Positions 23,718 to 38,700 are shown, numbered from the whole stretch's first letter. The stretch: 63,081 bases of DNA, filler included, from Nemertoderma westbladi (GCA_032718475.1; 3 parts of 3 records of this genome joined end to end with filler, not necessarily neighbours in it); one strand, 5' to 3'. Made by a program: numbers and translations. The notes: generated by a model from the sequence alone, not told the origin.

Positions 23718-26700
23718 GAAGTTGATGAATTAAAACGGCGTTTAGAGGAATTGGAAGCTCAATTGGTGAAAGACAGCGAGGATCATAGACGAACGTTGGA
23801 TGAACTGGAGAGCCAGTTACTTAGAGAACACGACGAATACGTTACAATGAAAAGCGAAGAGCTTCGGCAAGTTACTGAGAAGAGTAAAGAAGAGAAAGCT
23901 GTGTTGGAGGATGCTGTGGAGAAACTTAAGTTAAAGGTTATTTAATAAAGAGAAACATATTTCGTTCATTTAGGTTTACCTCCCAATGTCTACAGACAGC
24001 ATCCGCAATGTCTGCAGACAGCATCCGCAATGTCTGCAGACAGCATCCGCAATGTCTGCAGACAGCATCCGCAATGTCTGGAGACAGCATCCGCAATGTT
24101 GGCAGACAGCATCCGCATTGTCTGGAGACAGCATCCGCAATGTCTGCAGACAGCATCCGCAATGTCTGCAGACAGCATCCGCAATGTCTGCAGACAGCAT
24201 CGCAATGTCTGCAGACAGCATCCGCAATGTCTGCAGACAGCATCCGCAATGTCTGGAGACAGCATCCGCAATGTCTGCAGACAGCATCCGCAATGTCTGC
24301 AGACAGCATCCTCAATGTCTCCAGACAGCATCCGCAATGTCTGCAGACAGCATCCGCAATGTCTGCAGACAGCATCCGCAATGTCTGCAGACAGCATCCG
24401 CATTGTCTGGAGACAGCATCCGCAATGTCTGGAGACAGCATCCGCAATGTCGGCAGACATCATCCGCATTGTCTGGAGACAGCATCCGCAATGTCTGCAG
24501 ACAGCATCCGCAATGACTGCAGACAGCATCCGCAATGTCTGCAGACAGCATCCGCAATGTCTGCAGACAGCATCCGCAATGTCTGCAGACAGCATCCGCA
24601 ATGTCTGCAGACAGCATCCGCAATGTCTGCAGACAGCATCCGCAATGTCTGCAGACAGCATCCGCAATGTCTGCAGACAGCATCCGCAATGTCTGCAGAC
24701 AGCATCCGCAATGTCTGCAGACAGCATCCGCAATGTCTGCAGACAGCATCCGCAATGTCTGCAGACAGCATCCGCATTGTCTGGAGACAGCATCCGCAAT
24801 GTCTGGAGACAGCATCCGCAATGTTGGCAGACAGCATCCGCATTGTCTGGAGACAGCATCCGCAATGTCTGCAGACAGCATCCGCAATGTCTGCAGACAG
24901 CATCCGCAATGTCTGCAGACAGCATCCGCAATGTCTGCAGACAGCATCCGCAATGTCTGCAGACAGCATCCGCAATGTCTGCAGACAGCATCCGCAATGT
25001 CTGCAGACAGCATCCGCAATGTCTGGAGGCAGCATCCGCAATGTCTGCAGACAGCATCCGCAATGTCTGCAGACAGCATCCTCAATGTCTCCAGACAGCA
25101 TCCGCAATGTCTGCAGACAGCATCCGCAATGTCTGCAGACAGCATCCGCAATGTCTGCAGACAGCATCCGCAATGTCTGCAGACAGCATCCGCATTGTCT
25201 GGAGACAGCATCCGCAATGTCTGGAGACAGCATCCGCAATGTCGGCAGACAGCATACGCATTGTCTGGAGACAGCATCCGCAATGTCTGCAGACAGCTTC
25301 CGCAATGACTGCAGACAGCATCCGCAATGTCTGCAGACAGCATCCGCAATGTCTGCAGACAGCATCCGCAATGTCTGCAGACAGCATCCGCAATGTCTGC
25401 AGACAGCATCCGCAATGTCTGCAGACAGCATCCGCAATGTCTGCAGACAGCATCCGCAATGTCTGCAGACAGCATCCGCAATGTCTGCAGACAGCATCCG
25501 CAATGTCTGCAGACAGCATCCGCAATGTCTGCAGACAGCATCCGCAATGTCTGCAGACAGCATCCGCAATGTCTGCAGACAGCATCCGCAATGAAGAATC
25601 CAGCAGGGGTTGTACTATATCTACTGTACACAAACTACTACTGGCGAGATCGGTGCCTGTTGTCTTCCACTAAACTTGGGCAAATCAATTTGCCAGGGCT
25701 AACTTGACAATCAGGGTGACCGGTCCCTAACCGGTGAGGCAGAAATACAGTCTACAGAACGGACCAAACAGAACAACGCGTAGCGAATCCTAACTACCGC
25801 TAATGGACCTAAACTACTGTAGACTTGCCGCGGTGTGATTTATATGGGTATAAACGAGACAGTGGGTTGACCGAACACTAGCGTAAAAACCGTAACCGTA
25901 AACCGTAAGGTCCGATTATTTAGAGCAGCAGTAGTTCCAGTACTCCTCTATGGGAGTCCATGCTGGGCTCTAACTGCTGAGGACACCAAATCTCTGGATG
26001 GCACATTCACAAGAATGCTACGCCGGGTTCATTGTGTCAAGTACAATGCACACATCTCCAACCAGACACTATATAACATTGGAGGTGTCTCATTGGTTCC
26101 CCCAAGCTTGACACTAGAACAAAATCGCCTCCGCTTTGCAGGACATTGCTTTCGCCGTGAGGACCAGCCAGTGCATAATCTTGTACTTTGGCAGCCTCAT
26201 GGAGTGAATAAGCATGGTGGACAGCCCATGACTTTCTTGAGACGCATCTCAAAGGACACTGGCCTTGAAGATGCGGATGATCTAGCAAATGTCATGGGTG
26301 ATAGGGAGTTGTGGCGGTGCAATTTTGTCGATAAGCCGGCACAGCATTCTTAAAAATGCAGCTGCAATGCAGCATGCCGATCCTAGTAGTAGCGTAAAAA
26401 CAATACTGCCGACAGAAAAAGCAGTCAAAAAGGGTAATATCAGTAGAATAACAATCTTAAGACGCGCGTGTGTGTGTGTGTATGTTACGGAAAGCGAAAT
26501 GTTTGTTGTATAATCTTTACTAGGTTTTGGTGACTTTTAACAAAATAATAATACCGGGCGCCAGCTACTAGAATAAGCTAGCGACTCTCTGTAGGCGCAA
26601 TACTTACAAACTGACGTCAAAGGGTCTCTCTCCTCCTATATTCACAACTCGATCGGGCAAATACGGTGTTAGTAACTTCGCCCGTAATCGGCACCCGATA

Positions 26701-29700
26701 CCAGAGTCTGACTGTGAAATAGAGAATAGGGTGTTAATTGCTACAGTACCGCTAGCTGATCTGGTATGTATTTTTATTCTAGAAACTTTGTTGCCGCGGT
26801 GGTATGCAGCAAATACCTAGCAGTACATGGCAAGGGCGCAGTAGGATGTTAGTAACCGCCCTTTAGCCTAAATGGTGTGCCGGTAGCAGGACAGCTGCCC
26901 TTTGCCTGAGCAAATACGTCAAACCCAGACAGATCAGTTTACAGCAAAGCCTACAGCGCTAACCAGTACTGAATCGATAGTACGGTAAAGTCACCAAATT
27001 ATAGAGTAGGTAAATTAGGTACTATTTGCACCTAGTGTACCTGCACGTACTAGAAAACAGCACCAGCTCGCACCTGTGAACGATGCAGATCAACCGCGGG
27101 GTTTCTGTATGGATCCAAGATATTTAACTCCTAAATTTTACGGCGTCCCAGGACGTCGTCACACTTCACCCTGTTCTACGGTCTTACAGTGGGCAAAGGC
27201 ATCGAACAAAGTCTTACCTCAGGCATGGGCACTTTCAAGCTGTCGAATCATGGTCTACTGTAAGTGGGCGCGGGCGAATGGTGTGGGTCCCTTATGCGTT
27301 GCGGGCATTCCTCCCCCTTGCGTTGCTGTTGCCTACGGATTTAGGCAGCCATCCTCCAATGTTTGACTGTTCGAGATAGATACACTAAAAACTACATGTT
27401 CGAGTTTTCAGTGTATTTAGCGTAAGTAACAAAAAAAAACAGTTTAAACAAATTAATTAAACGGACTCGTTTAATTAAACGTAAACCTTTTTAATGAAAT
27501 TTCAAAATTCCTTACTAATCCTTGCCTGTAATCAATAATTAATTAAAAGTTTAGTTATTTTGTTGGGTTAACTTAGCAGCCTATCCCAGTACATGAGTCC
27601 ATCTCCTCAACCAGGGGAACTACTATATAGTTTAAACTATGTAAGTTATTTATAGCAGCCAATAGAAAGCCAGGTTTTTCCTACCATCCACCTAAGCAAG
27701 CTACTCCCTTCCTCACCTCCACGCTACTCGCGACCTTAGCTCCAGCCTACTCTCAACCTTAGATTTACCACAGTCCTTAGGTATTCTGCCTGGGCTATTG
27801 GACCAGTCGATGTAAGAGTGTCAAAATATAATAGATTTGGCAAATATACAGTTTTTTAAACTAAATCGTAGAAGCAAAGCAAATGTATTGAAATTTTTAA
27901 CGTTTTTACGTAAAACTATCATAGTAAAACTAATGTACAAATAGCTATCTAAGTGAGATATTTCCACACCGCTCCATGAAAACAGTAAAAACAATCTGTT
28001 TTCACCAATCGAAAATAATGTAAATCAACTAAAAAATATGTGATACATAGGGGAAGGGTACTACTACTCTTCTGTTCACATATAAAGACAACAGAATTCA
28101 ACCGCTGTCTTTAACCTACAGTGTACAAGAATATGGAAGGGCTATATGGCGACCATCAAGGGTCCCATATCTCTACTTACGTGGTTTTTGTGGAAATTTA
28201 TAATCTCCAGTCTCGTGTCGAGGCTCCTCAAGGAGTACGAGACGTTGTATGGGTCTGTCTACAGTACGTCCGTCAATTGTACGTACAGTCACAGTCCGTA
28301 TTACACCACCTGATGTTGAGTGTGTAGTCAAAATGACTCCAGTCAACCACAACCGTCTTTTCAAGTTGGTCTCTGCTAAAAGTACGTGGTCACCCGGCTT
28401 TAATGAGCGGGTGGTGAGATACCAAGTGGTTCCGGTTGAAATTTGGTTTTTGATAATTTTCTCAGATGAATCAAGAGAAACAAGATATATTGTCGACGCA
28501 CGCACAGGAAAAAGTTCAGTTGACGAAAGAATTCGATGTCGAAAGAGAACATCTTCAATCAAAATATTTCGCGGAATTAAATACCCTGGAATCTGAGCAT
28601 CAAAATAGAATAGGAGAACTGGAGGAAAAGTAAGTAATGACTGTTTGTTTACAGTTAACCAATAAGTAGCCAGTTGAGTTGGTATGTTGTTTACGGTTAA
28701 CCAATACGTAGCCAGTTGAGTTGGTATGGCGTTTACGGTAAGCCAATGAGTAGCCAGTTGAGTGGGTATGGCGTTTATGGTTAACCAATGAGTAGCCAGT
28801 TGAGTGGGTATGGCGTTTACGGTTAACCAATACGTAGCCAGTTGAGTTGGTATGGCGTTTATGGTTAACCAATGAGTAACCAGTTGAGTGGGTATGGCGT
28901 TTCTGGTTAACCAATGAGTAGCCAGTTGAGTGGGTATGGCCTTTACGGTAAACCAATGAGTAGCCAGTTGAGTGGGTATGGGGTTTACGGTAAACCAATG
29001 AGTAGCCAGTTGAATGGGTATGACGTTTACGGTTAACCAATGAGTAGCCAGTTGAGTGGGTATGGCGTTTTAGGGTTAACCAATGAGTAGCCAGTTGAAT
29101 TGGTAGGGCGTTTACGGTAAACCAATGAGTAGCCAGTTGAGTGGGTATGGCGTTTATGGTTAACCAATGAGTAGCCAGTTGAGTGGGTATGGCGTTTACG
29201 GTTAACTAATGAGTAGCCAGTTGAGTGGGTATGGCGTTTTAGGGTTAACCAATGAGTAGCCAGTTGAGTAGGTATGGTGTTTACGGTTAACCAATGAGTA
29301 GCCAGTTGAGTGGGTATGGCGTTTTAGGGTTAACCAATGAGTAGCCAGTTGAGTGGGTATGGCGTTTTAGGGTTAACCAATGAGTAGCCAGTTGAGTTGA
29401 TATGGCGTTTACGGTTAACCAATGAGTAGCCAGTTGAGTGGGTATGGCGTTTAAGGTTAACCAATGAGAAGTAACCAGTTGAGTAGGTATGGCGTTTATG
29501 GTTAACCAATGAGTAGCCAGTTGAGTGGGTATGGCGTTTTAGGGTTAACCATAACCAATGAGTAACCAGTTGAGTAGGTATGGCGTTTTAGGGTTAACCA
29601 ATGAGTAGCCAGTTGAGTGGGTATGGCGTTTACGGTTAACCAATGAGTAGCCAGTTGAGTTGGTATGGCGTTTACGGTTAGCCAGTTGAGTTGGTATGGC

Positions 29701-32700
29701 GTTTACGGTTGACCAATGAATAGCCAGTTGAGTGGGTTTGGCGTTTATGGTTAACCAATGAGTAGCCAGTTGAGTGGGTATGGCGTTTTAGGGTTAACCA
29801 ATGAGTAGCCAGTTGAGTTGGTATGGCGTTTCGTTTACCGTTAACCAATGAGTAGCCAGTTGAGTGGGTATGGCGTTTACGGTAAACCAATGAGTAGCCA
29901 GTTGAGTAGGTATGGTGTTTACGGTTAACCAATGAGTAGCCAGTTGAGTTGGTATGGCGTTTACGGTAAACCAATGAGTAGTCAGTTGAGTGGGTATGGC
30001 GTTTACCGTTAACCAATGAGTAGCCAGTTGAGTGGGTATGGCGTTTACGGTAAACCAATGAGTAGCCAGTTGAGTAGGTATGGTGTTTACGGTTAACCAA
30101 TGAGTAGCCAGTTGAGTTGGTATGGCGTTTACGGTAAACCAATGAGTAGTCAGTTGAGTGGGTATGGCGTTTACAGTTAACCAATGAGTAGCCAGTTGAG
30201 TGGGTATGGCGTTTACCGTTAACCAATGAGTAGCCAGTTGAGTGGGTATGGCGTTTACCGTTTACCAATGAGTAGCCAGTTGAGTGGGTATGGCGTGTAC
30301 CGTTAACCAATGAGTAGCCAGTTGAGTGGGTATGGCGTTTTAGGGTTAACCAATGAGTAGCCAGTTGAGTGGGTATGGCGTTTACCGTTTACCAATGAGT
30401 AGCCAGTTGAGTGGGTATGGCGTTTACCGTTAACCAATGAGTAGCCAGTTGAGTGCGTATGGCGTTTGTTTCAGTGGTACGTTATTTTAACAACAACACG
30501 CTATTTTAACAATAGACTAAACACAATATAACAGGTTACAGTTTATTTTTAAGACTAATTTATTTGCCCTGCTCGAATTTCCCCTTGAGAGAGATGAATT
30601 TTTATTGCGTCCAGTTCCCCCCCCCCCCCCCCCCCCCCCCCATCTGGCCAGTTGAGTGGGTATGGCGTTTTAGGGTTAACCAATGAGTAGCCAGTTGTGT
30701 GGGTATGGCGTTTACGGTTAACCAATGAGTAGCCAGTTGAGTTTGGCTGGGTGATCTTTATCATCATTCTATTTTAGATACATGATTATCAACTATGACG
30801 CTATAATTTTAATTTCCAGTTTGCTACGACACCACGAGAATGACATCCAAAACAAACTGATTGACTATGAAAGTAAGAAGGACAGAGACCATAGGATGGA
30901 GATAGAGGAAGTAAGTAGTAAGTAGACCATAGGATGGATATAGAGGAAGTAAGTTGGACAGAGACCATAGGATGGAGATAGAGGAAGTAAGTTGGACAGA
31001 GACCATAGGATGGAGATAGAGGAAGTAAGTTGGACAGAGACCATAGGATGGAGATAGAGGAAGTAAGTTGGACAGAGACCATAGGATGGAGATAGAGGAA
31101 GTAAGTTGGACAGAGACCATAGGATGGAGATAGATGAAGAAGTTGGACAGTGACCATAGTATGGAGATAGAGGAAGTAAGTTGGACAGATACCATAGTAT
31201 GGAGATAGAGGAAGTAAGTTGGACTGAGACCATAGTATGGGGATAGAGGAAGTAAGTTGGACAGATACCATAGGATGGAGATAGAGGAAGTAAGTTGGAC
31301 TGAGACCATAGTATGGAGATAGAGGAAGTAAGTTGGACAGATACCATAGTATGGAGATAGAGGAAGTAAGTTGGACAGATACCATAGGATGGAGATAGAG
31401 GAAGTAAGTAGTAAGTAGACCATATGATGGATATAGAGGAAGTAAGTTGGACAGAGACCATAGGATGGAGATAGAGGAAGTAAGTTGGACAGAGACCATA
31501 GGATGGAGATAGAGGAAGTAAGTTGGACAGAGACCATAGGATGGATATAGAGGAAGTAAGTTGGACAGAGACCATAGGATGGAGATAGAGGAAGTAAGTT
31601 GGACAGAGACCATAGGATGGAGATAGAGGAAGTAAGTTGGACAGAGACCATAGGATGGAGATAGAGGAAGTAAGTTGGACAGAGACCATAGGATGGAGAT
31701 AGATGAAGAAGTTGGACAGTGACCATAGTATGGAGATAGAGGAAGTAAGTTGGACTGAGACCATAGTATGGAGATAGAGGAAGTAAGTTGGACAGATACC
31801 ATAGTATGGAGATAGAGGAAGTAAGTTGGACTGAGACCATAGTATGGGGATAGAGGAAGTAAGTTGGACAGATACCATAGGATGGAGATAGAGGAAGTAA
31901 GTTGGACAGAGTCCATAGTGTGGAGATAGAGGAAGTAAGTTGGACTGAGACCATAGTATGGAGATAGAGGAAGTAAGTTGGACAGATACCATAGGATGGA
32001 GATAGAGGAAGTAAGTTGGACAGAGACCATAGTATGGAGATAGAGGAAGTAAGTTGGACAGATACCATAGGATGGAGATAGAGGAAGTAAGTTGGACAGA
32101 GACCATAGGATGGAGATAGAGGAAGTAAGTTGGACAGAGACCATAGGATGGAGATAGAGGAAGTAAGTTGGACAGAGACCATAGGATGGAGATAGAGGAA
32201 GTAAGTTGGACAGAGACCATAGTATGGAGATAGAGGAAGTAAGTTGGACAGAGACCATAGGATGGAGATAGAGGAAGTAAGTTGGACAGAGTCCATATGA
32301 TGGAGATAGAGGAAGTAAGTTGGACAGAGACCATAGGTGGAGATAGAGGAAGTAAGTTGGACAGAGACCATAGGATGGAGATAGAGGAAGTAAGTTGGAC
32401 AGAGACCATAGGATGGAGATAGAGGAAGTAAGTTGGACAGAGACCATAGGAGGGAGATAGAGGAAGTAAGTTGGATAGAGTCAATAGTATGGAGATAGAG
32501 GAAGTAAGTTGGACAGATACCATAGGATGGAGATAGAGGAAGTAAGTTGGACAGAGACCATAGGAGGGAGATAGAGGAAGTAAATTGGATAGAGTCAATA
32601 GTATGGAGATAGAGGAAGTAAGTTGGACAGAGACCATAGTATGGAGATAGAGGAAGTAAGTTGGACAGATACCATAGGATGGAGATAGAGGAAGTAAGTT

Positions 32701-35700
32701 GGACAGAGACCATAGGATGGAGATAGAGGAAGTAAGTTGGACTGAGACCATAGGATGGAGATAGAGGAAGTAAGTTGGATAGAGTCAATAGTATGGAGAT
32801 AGAGGAAGTAAGTTGGACAGAGTCAATAGTATGGAGATAGAGGAAGTAAGTTGGACAGAGACCATAGGATGGAGATAGAGGAAGTAAGTTGGACAGAGAC
32901 CATAGGATGGAGATAGAGGAAGTAAGTTGGATAGAGTCAATAGTATGGAGATAGAGGAAGTAAGTTGGACAGAGTCAATAGTATGGAGATAGAGGAAGTA
33001 AGTTGGACAGAGACCATAGGATGGAGATAGAGGAAGTAAGTTGGACAGAGACCATAGGATGGATATAGAGGAAGTAAGTTGGACAGAGACCATAGGAGGG
33101 AGATAGAGGAAGTAAGTTGGATAGAGTCAATAGTATGGAGATAGAGGAAGTAAGTTGGACAGAGACCATAGGATGAAGATAGAGGAAGTAAGTTGGACAG
33201 AGACCATAGGATGGAGATAGAGGAAGTAAGTTGGACAGAGACCATAGGATGGAGATAGAGGAAGTAAGTTGGATAGAGTCAATAGTATGGAGATAGAGGA
33301 AGTAAGTTGGACAGAGACCATAGGTGGAGATAGAGGAAGTAAGTTGGACAGAGACCATAGGATGAAGATAGAGGAAGTAAGTTGGACAGAGACCATAGGA
33401 TGGAGATAGAGGAAGTAAGTTGGATAGAGTCAATAGTATGGAGATAGAGGAAGTAAGTTGGACAGAGACCATAGGTGGAGATAGAGGAAGTAAGTTGGAC
33501 AGAGACCATAGTATGGAGATAGAGGAAGTAAGTTGGACAGAGACCATAGGATGGAGATAGAGGAAGTAAGTAGACCATAGGATGGAGATAGAGGAAGTAA
33601 GTTGGATAGAGTCAATAGTATGGAGATAGAGGAAGTAAGTTGGACAGAGACCATAGGAGGGAGATAGAGGAAGTAAGTTGGACAGAGACCATAGGATGGA
33701 GATAGAGGAAGTAAGTTGGACAGAGACCATAGTATGGAGATAGAGGAAGTAAGTTGGACAGAGACCATAGGATGGAGATAGAGGAAGTAAGTAGACCATA
33801 GGATGGAGATAGAGGAAGTAAGTTGGATAGAGTCAATAGTATGGAGATAGAGGAAGTAAGTTGGACAGAGACCATAGGATGGAGATAGAGGAAGTAAGTT
33901 GGACAGAGACCATAGGATGGAGATAGAGGAAGTAAGTTGGACAGAGACCATAGGATGGAGATAGAGGAAGTAAGTTGGACAGAGACCATAGGATGGAGAT
34001 AGAGGAAGTAAGTTGGATAGAGTCAATAGTATGGAGATAGAGGAAGTAAGTTGGACAGAGACCATAGGTGGAGATAGAGGAAGTAAGTTGGACAGAGACC
34101 ATAGGATGGAGATAGAGGAAGTAAGTTGGACAGAGACCATAGGATGGAGATAGAGGAAGTAAGTTGGACAGAGACCATAGGTGGAGATAGAGGAAGTAAG
34201 TTGGACAGAGACCATAGGATGGAGATCGAGGAAGTAAGTTGGATAGAGTCAATAGTATGGAGATAGAGGAAGTAAGTTGGACAGAGACCATAGGATGGAG
34301 ATAGAGGAAGTAAGTTGGACAGAGACCATAGGTGGAGATAGAGGAAGTAAGTTGGATAGAGTCAATAGTATGGAGATAGAGGAAGTAAGTTGGACAGAGA
34401 CCATAGGTGGAGATAGAGGAAGTAAGTTGGATAGAGTCAATAGTATGGAGATAGAGGAAGTAAGTTGGACAGAGACCATAGGTGGAGATAGAGGAAGTAA
34501 GTTGGATAGAGTCAATAGTATGGAGATAGAGGAAGTAAGTTGGACAGAGACCATAGGTGGAGATAGAGGAAGTAAGTTGGACAGAGACCATAGGATGGAG
34601 ATAGAGGAAGTAAGTTGGACAGAGACCATAGGTGGAGATAGAGGAAGTAAGTTGGACAGAGACCATAGGATGGAGATCGAGGAAGTAAGTTGGATAGAGT
34701 CAATAGTATGGAGATAGAGGAAGTAAGTTGGACAGAGACCATAGGATGGAGATAGAGGAAGTAAGTTGGACAGAGACCATAGGTGGAGATAGAGGAAGTA
34801 AGTTGGATAGAGTCAATAGTATGGAGATAGAGGAAGTAAGTTGGACAGAGACCATAGGTGGAGATAGAGGAAGTAAGTTGGATAGAGTCAATAGTATGGA
34901 GATAGAGGAAGTAAGTTGGACAGAGACCATAGGTGGAGATAGAGGAAGTAAGTTGGATAGAGTCAATAGTATGGAGATAGAGGAAGTAAGTTGGACAGAG
35001 ACCATAGGTGGAGATAGAGGAAGTAAGTTGGACAGAGACCATAGGAGGGAGATAGAGGAAGTAAGTTGGACAGAGATCATAGGATGGAGATAGAGGAAGT
35101 AAGTTGGACAGAGACCATAGGTGGAGATAGAGGAAGTAAGTTGGACAGATACCATAGGATGGAGATAGAGGAAGTAAGTTGGACAGAGACCATAGGATGG
35201 AGATAGAGGAAGTAAGTTGGACAGAGACCATAGGATGGAGATAGAGGAAGTAAGTTGGACAGAGTCCATAGGATGGAGATAGAGGAAGTAAGTTGGACAG
35301 AGACCATAGTATGGAGATAGAGGAAGTAAGTTGGACAGAGACCATAGTATGGAGATAGAGGAAGTAAGTTGGACAGAGACCATAGTATGGAGATAGAGGA
35401 AGTAAGTTGGACAGAGACCATAGGTGGAGATAGAGGAAGTAAGTTGGACAGAGACCATAGTATGGAGATAGAGGAAGTAAGTTGGACAGAGACCATAGGT
35501 GGAGATAGAGGAAGTAAGTTGGACAGAGACCATAGTATGGAGATAGAGGAAGTAAGTTGGACAGAGACCATAGTATGGAGATAGAGGAAGTAAGTTGGAC
35601 AGAGACCATAGTATGGAGATAGAGGAAGTAAGTTGGACAGAGACCATAGTATGGAGATAGAGGAAGTAAGTTGGACAGAGACCATAGTATGGAGATAGAG

Positions 35701-38700
35701 GAAGTAAGTTGGACAGAGACCATAGGTGGAGATAGAGGAAGTAAGTTGGACAGAGACCATAGGAGGGAGATAGATGAAGTAAGTTGGACAGAGATCATAG
35801 GATGGAGATAGAGGAAGTAAGTTGGACAGAGACCATAGGTGGAGATAGAGGAAGTAAGTTGGACAGAGACCATAGGATGGAGATAGAGGAAGTAAGTTGG
35901 ACAGAGACCATAGGAGGGAGATAGAGGAAGTAAGTTGGACAGAGACCATAGGATGGAGATAGAGGAAGTAAGTTGGACAGAGACCATAGGATGGAGATAG
36001 AGGAAGTAAGTTGGACAGAGACCATAGGATGGAGATAGAGGAAGTAAGTTGGACAGAGACCATAGGAGGGAGATAGAGGAAGTAAGTTGGACAGAGACCA
36101 TAGGATGGAGATAGAGGAAGTAAGTTGGACAGAGACCATAGGATGGAGATAGAGGAAGTAAGTTGGACAGAGACCATAGGATGGAGATAGAGGAAGTAAG
36201 TTGGACAGAGACCATAGGATGGAGATAGAGGAAGTAAGTTGGACAGAGACCATAGGATGGAGATCGAGGAAGTAAGTTGGACAGAGACCATAGTATGGAG
36301 ATAGAGGAAGTAAGTTGGACAGAGACCATAGGTGGAGATAGAGGAAGTAAGTTGGACAGAGACCATAGGAGGGAGATAGAGGAAGTAAGTTGGACAGAGA
36401 TCATAGGATGGAGATAGAGGAAGTAAGTTGGACAGAGACCATAGGTGGAGATAGAGGAAGTAAGTTGGACAGAGACCATAGGATGGAGATAGAGGAAGTA
36501 AGTTGGACAGAGACCATAGGATGGAGATAGAGGAAGTAAGTTGGACAGAGACCATAGGAGGGAGATAGAGGAAGTAAGTTGGACAGATACCATAGGATGG
36601 AGATAGAGGAAGTAAGTTGGACAGAGACCATAGGATGGAGATAGAGGAAGTAAGTTGGACAGAGACCATAGGATGGAGATAGAGGAAGTAAGTTGGACAG
36701 AGACCATAGGATGGAGATAGAGGAAGTAAGTTGGACAGAGACCATAGGATGGAGATAGAGGAAGTAAGTTGGACAGAGACCATAGGATGGAGATAGAGGA
36801 AGTAAGTTGGACAGAGACCATAGGATGGAGATAGAGGAAGTAAGTTGGACAGAGACCATAGGATGGAGATAGAGGAAGTAAGTTGGACAGAGACCATAGG
36901 ATGGAGATAGAGGAAGTAAGTTGGACAGAGACCATAGGTGGAGATAGAGGAAGTAAGTTGGACAGAGACCATAGGATGGAGATAGAGGAAGTAAGTTGGA
37001 CAGAGACCATAGGATGGAGATAGAGGAAGTAAGTTGGACAGAGACCATAGGAGGGAGATAGAGGAAGTAAGTTGGACAGATACCATAGGATGGAGATAGA
37101 GGAAGTAAGTTGGACAGAGACCATAGGATGGAGATAGAGGAAGTAAGTTGGACAGAGACCATAGGATGGAGATAGAGGAAGTAAGTTGGACAGAGACCAT
37201 AGGATGGAGATAGAGGAAGTAAGTTGGACAGAGACCATAGGATGGAGATAGAGGAAGTAAGTTGGACAGAGACCATAGGAGGGAGATAGAGGAAGTAAGT
37301 TGGACAGATACCATAGGATGGAGATAGAGGAAGTAAGTTGGACAGAGACCATAGGATGGAGATAGAGGAAGTAAGTTGGACAGAGACCATAGGATGGAGA
37401 TAGAGGAAGTAAGTTGGACAGAGACCATAGGTGGAGATAGAGGAAGTAAGTTGGACAGATACCATAGGATGGAGATAGAGGAAGTAAGTTGGACAGATAC
37501 CATAGGATGGAGATAGAGGAAGTAAGTTGGACAGATACCATAGGTGGAGATAGAGGAAGTAAGTTGGACAGAGACCATAGGATGGAGATAGATGAAGTAA
37601 GTTGGACAGAGACCATAGGTGGAGATAGAGGAAGTAAGTTGGACAGAGACCATAGGATGGAGATAGAGGAAGTAAGTTGGACAGATACCATAGGTGGAGA
37701 TAGAGGAAGTAAGTTGGACAGAGACCATAGGATGGAGATAGAGGAAGTAAGTTGGACAGATACCATAGGATGGAGATAGAGGAAGTAAGTTGGACAGAGA
37801 CCATAGGATGGATATAGAGGAAGTAAGTTGGACAGTGACCATAGTATGGAGATAGAGGAAGTAAGTTGGACAGATACCATAGGATGGAGATAGAGGAAGT
37901 AAGTTGGACAGAGACCATAGGATGGAGATAGAGGAAGTAAGTTGGACAGAGACCATAGGATGGAGATAGAGGAAGTAAGTTGGACAGAGACCATAGTATG
38001 GAGATAGAGGAAGTAAGTTGGACAGATACCATAGGATGGAGATAGAGGAAGTAAGTTGGACAGAGACCATAGGATGGAGATAGAGGAAGTAAGTTGGACA
38101 GATACCATAGGTGGAGATAGAGGAAGTAAGTTGGACAGAGACCATAGGATGGAGATAGAGGAAGTAAGTTGGACAGAGACCATAGGATGGAGATAGAGGA
38201 AGTAAGTTGGACAGAGACCATAGGATGGAGATAGAGGAAGTAAGTTGGACAGATACCATAGGATGGAGATAGAGGAAGTAAGTTGGACAGATACCATAGG
38301 ATGAAGATAGAGGAAGTAAGTTGGACAGAGACCATAGGAGGGAGATAGAGGAAGTAAGTTGGACAGATACCATAGGATGGAGATAGAGGAAGTAAGTTGG
38401 ACAGAGACCATAGGTGGAGATAGAGGAAGTAAGTTGGACAGATACCATAGGTGGAGATAGAGGAAGTAAGTTGGACAGATACCATAGGATGGAGATAGAG
38501 GAAGTAAGTTGGACAGAGACCATAGGAGGGAGATAGAGGAAGTAAGTTGGACAGAGACCATAGGATGAAGATAGAGGAAGTAAGTTGGACAGATACCATA
38601 GGATGGAGATAGAGGAAGTAAGTTGGACAGAGACCATAGTATGGAGATAGAGGAAGTAAGTTGGACAGAGACCATAGGATGGAGATAGAGGAAGTAAGTT

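Noticed and set aside
26402-27420. Moderately GC-rich unique stretch with short ORF 27076-27366
   Set aside because: No recognisable motif, termini or phase-compatible exon; possibly a decayed element but not supportable.
28436-28562. N-terminal half of minus ORF 28173-28562 as retroelement protein
   Set aside because: It is the antisense of the host acceptor and exon 28466-28629; only the C-terminal part has BEL/Pao motifs.
29060-30680. TTAGGG in some 42-bp units as interstitial telomere
   Set aside because: Single hexamers arising as a unit variant (TTTACGG to TTTTAGGG), never tandem.
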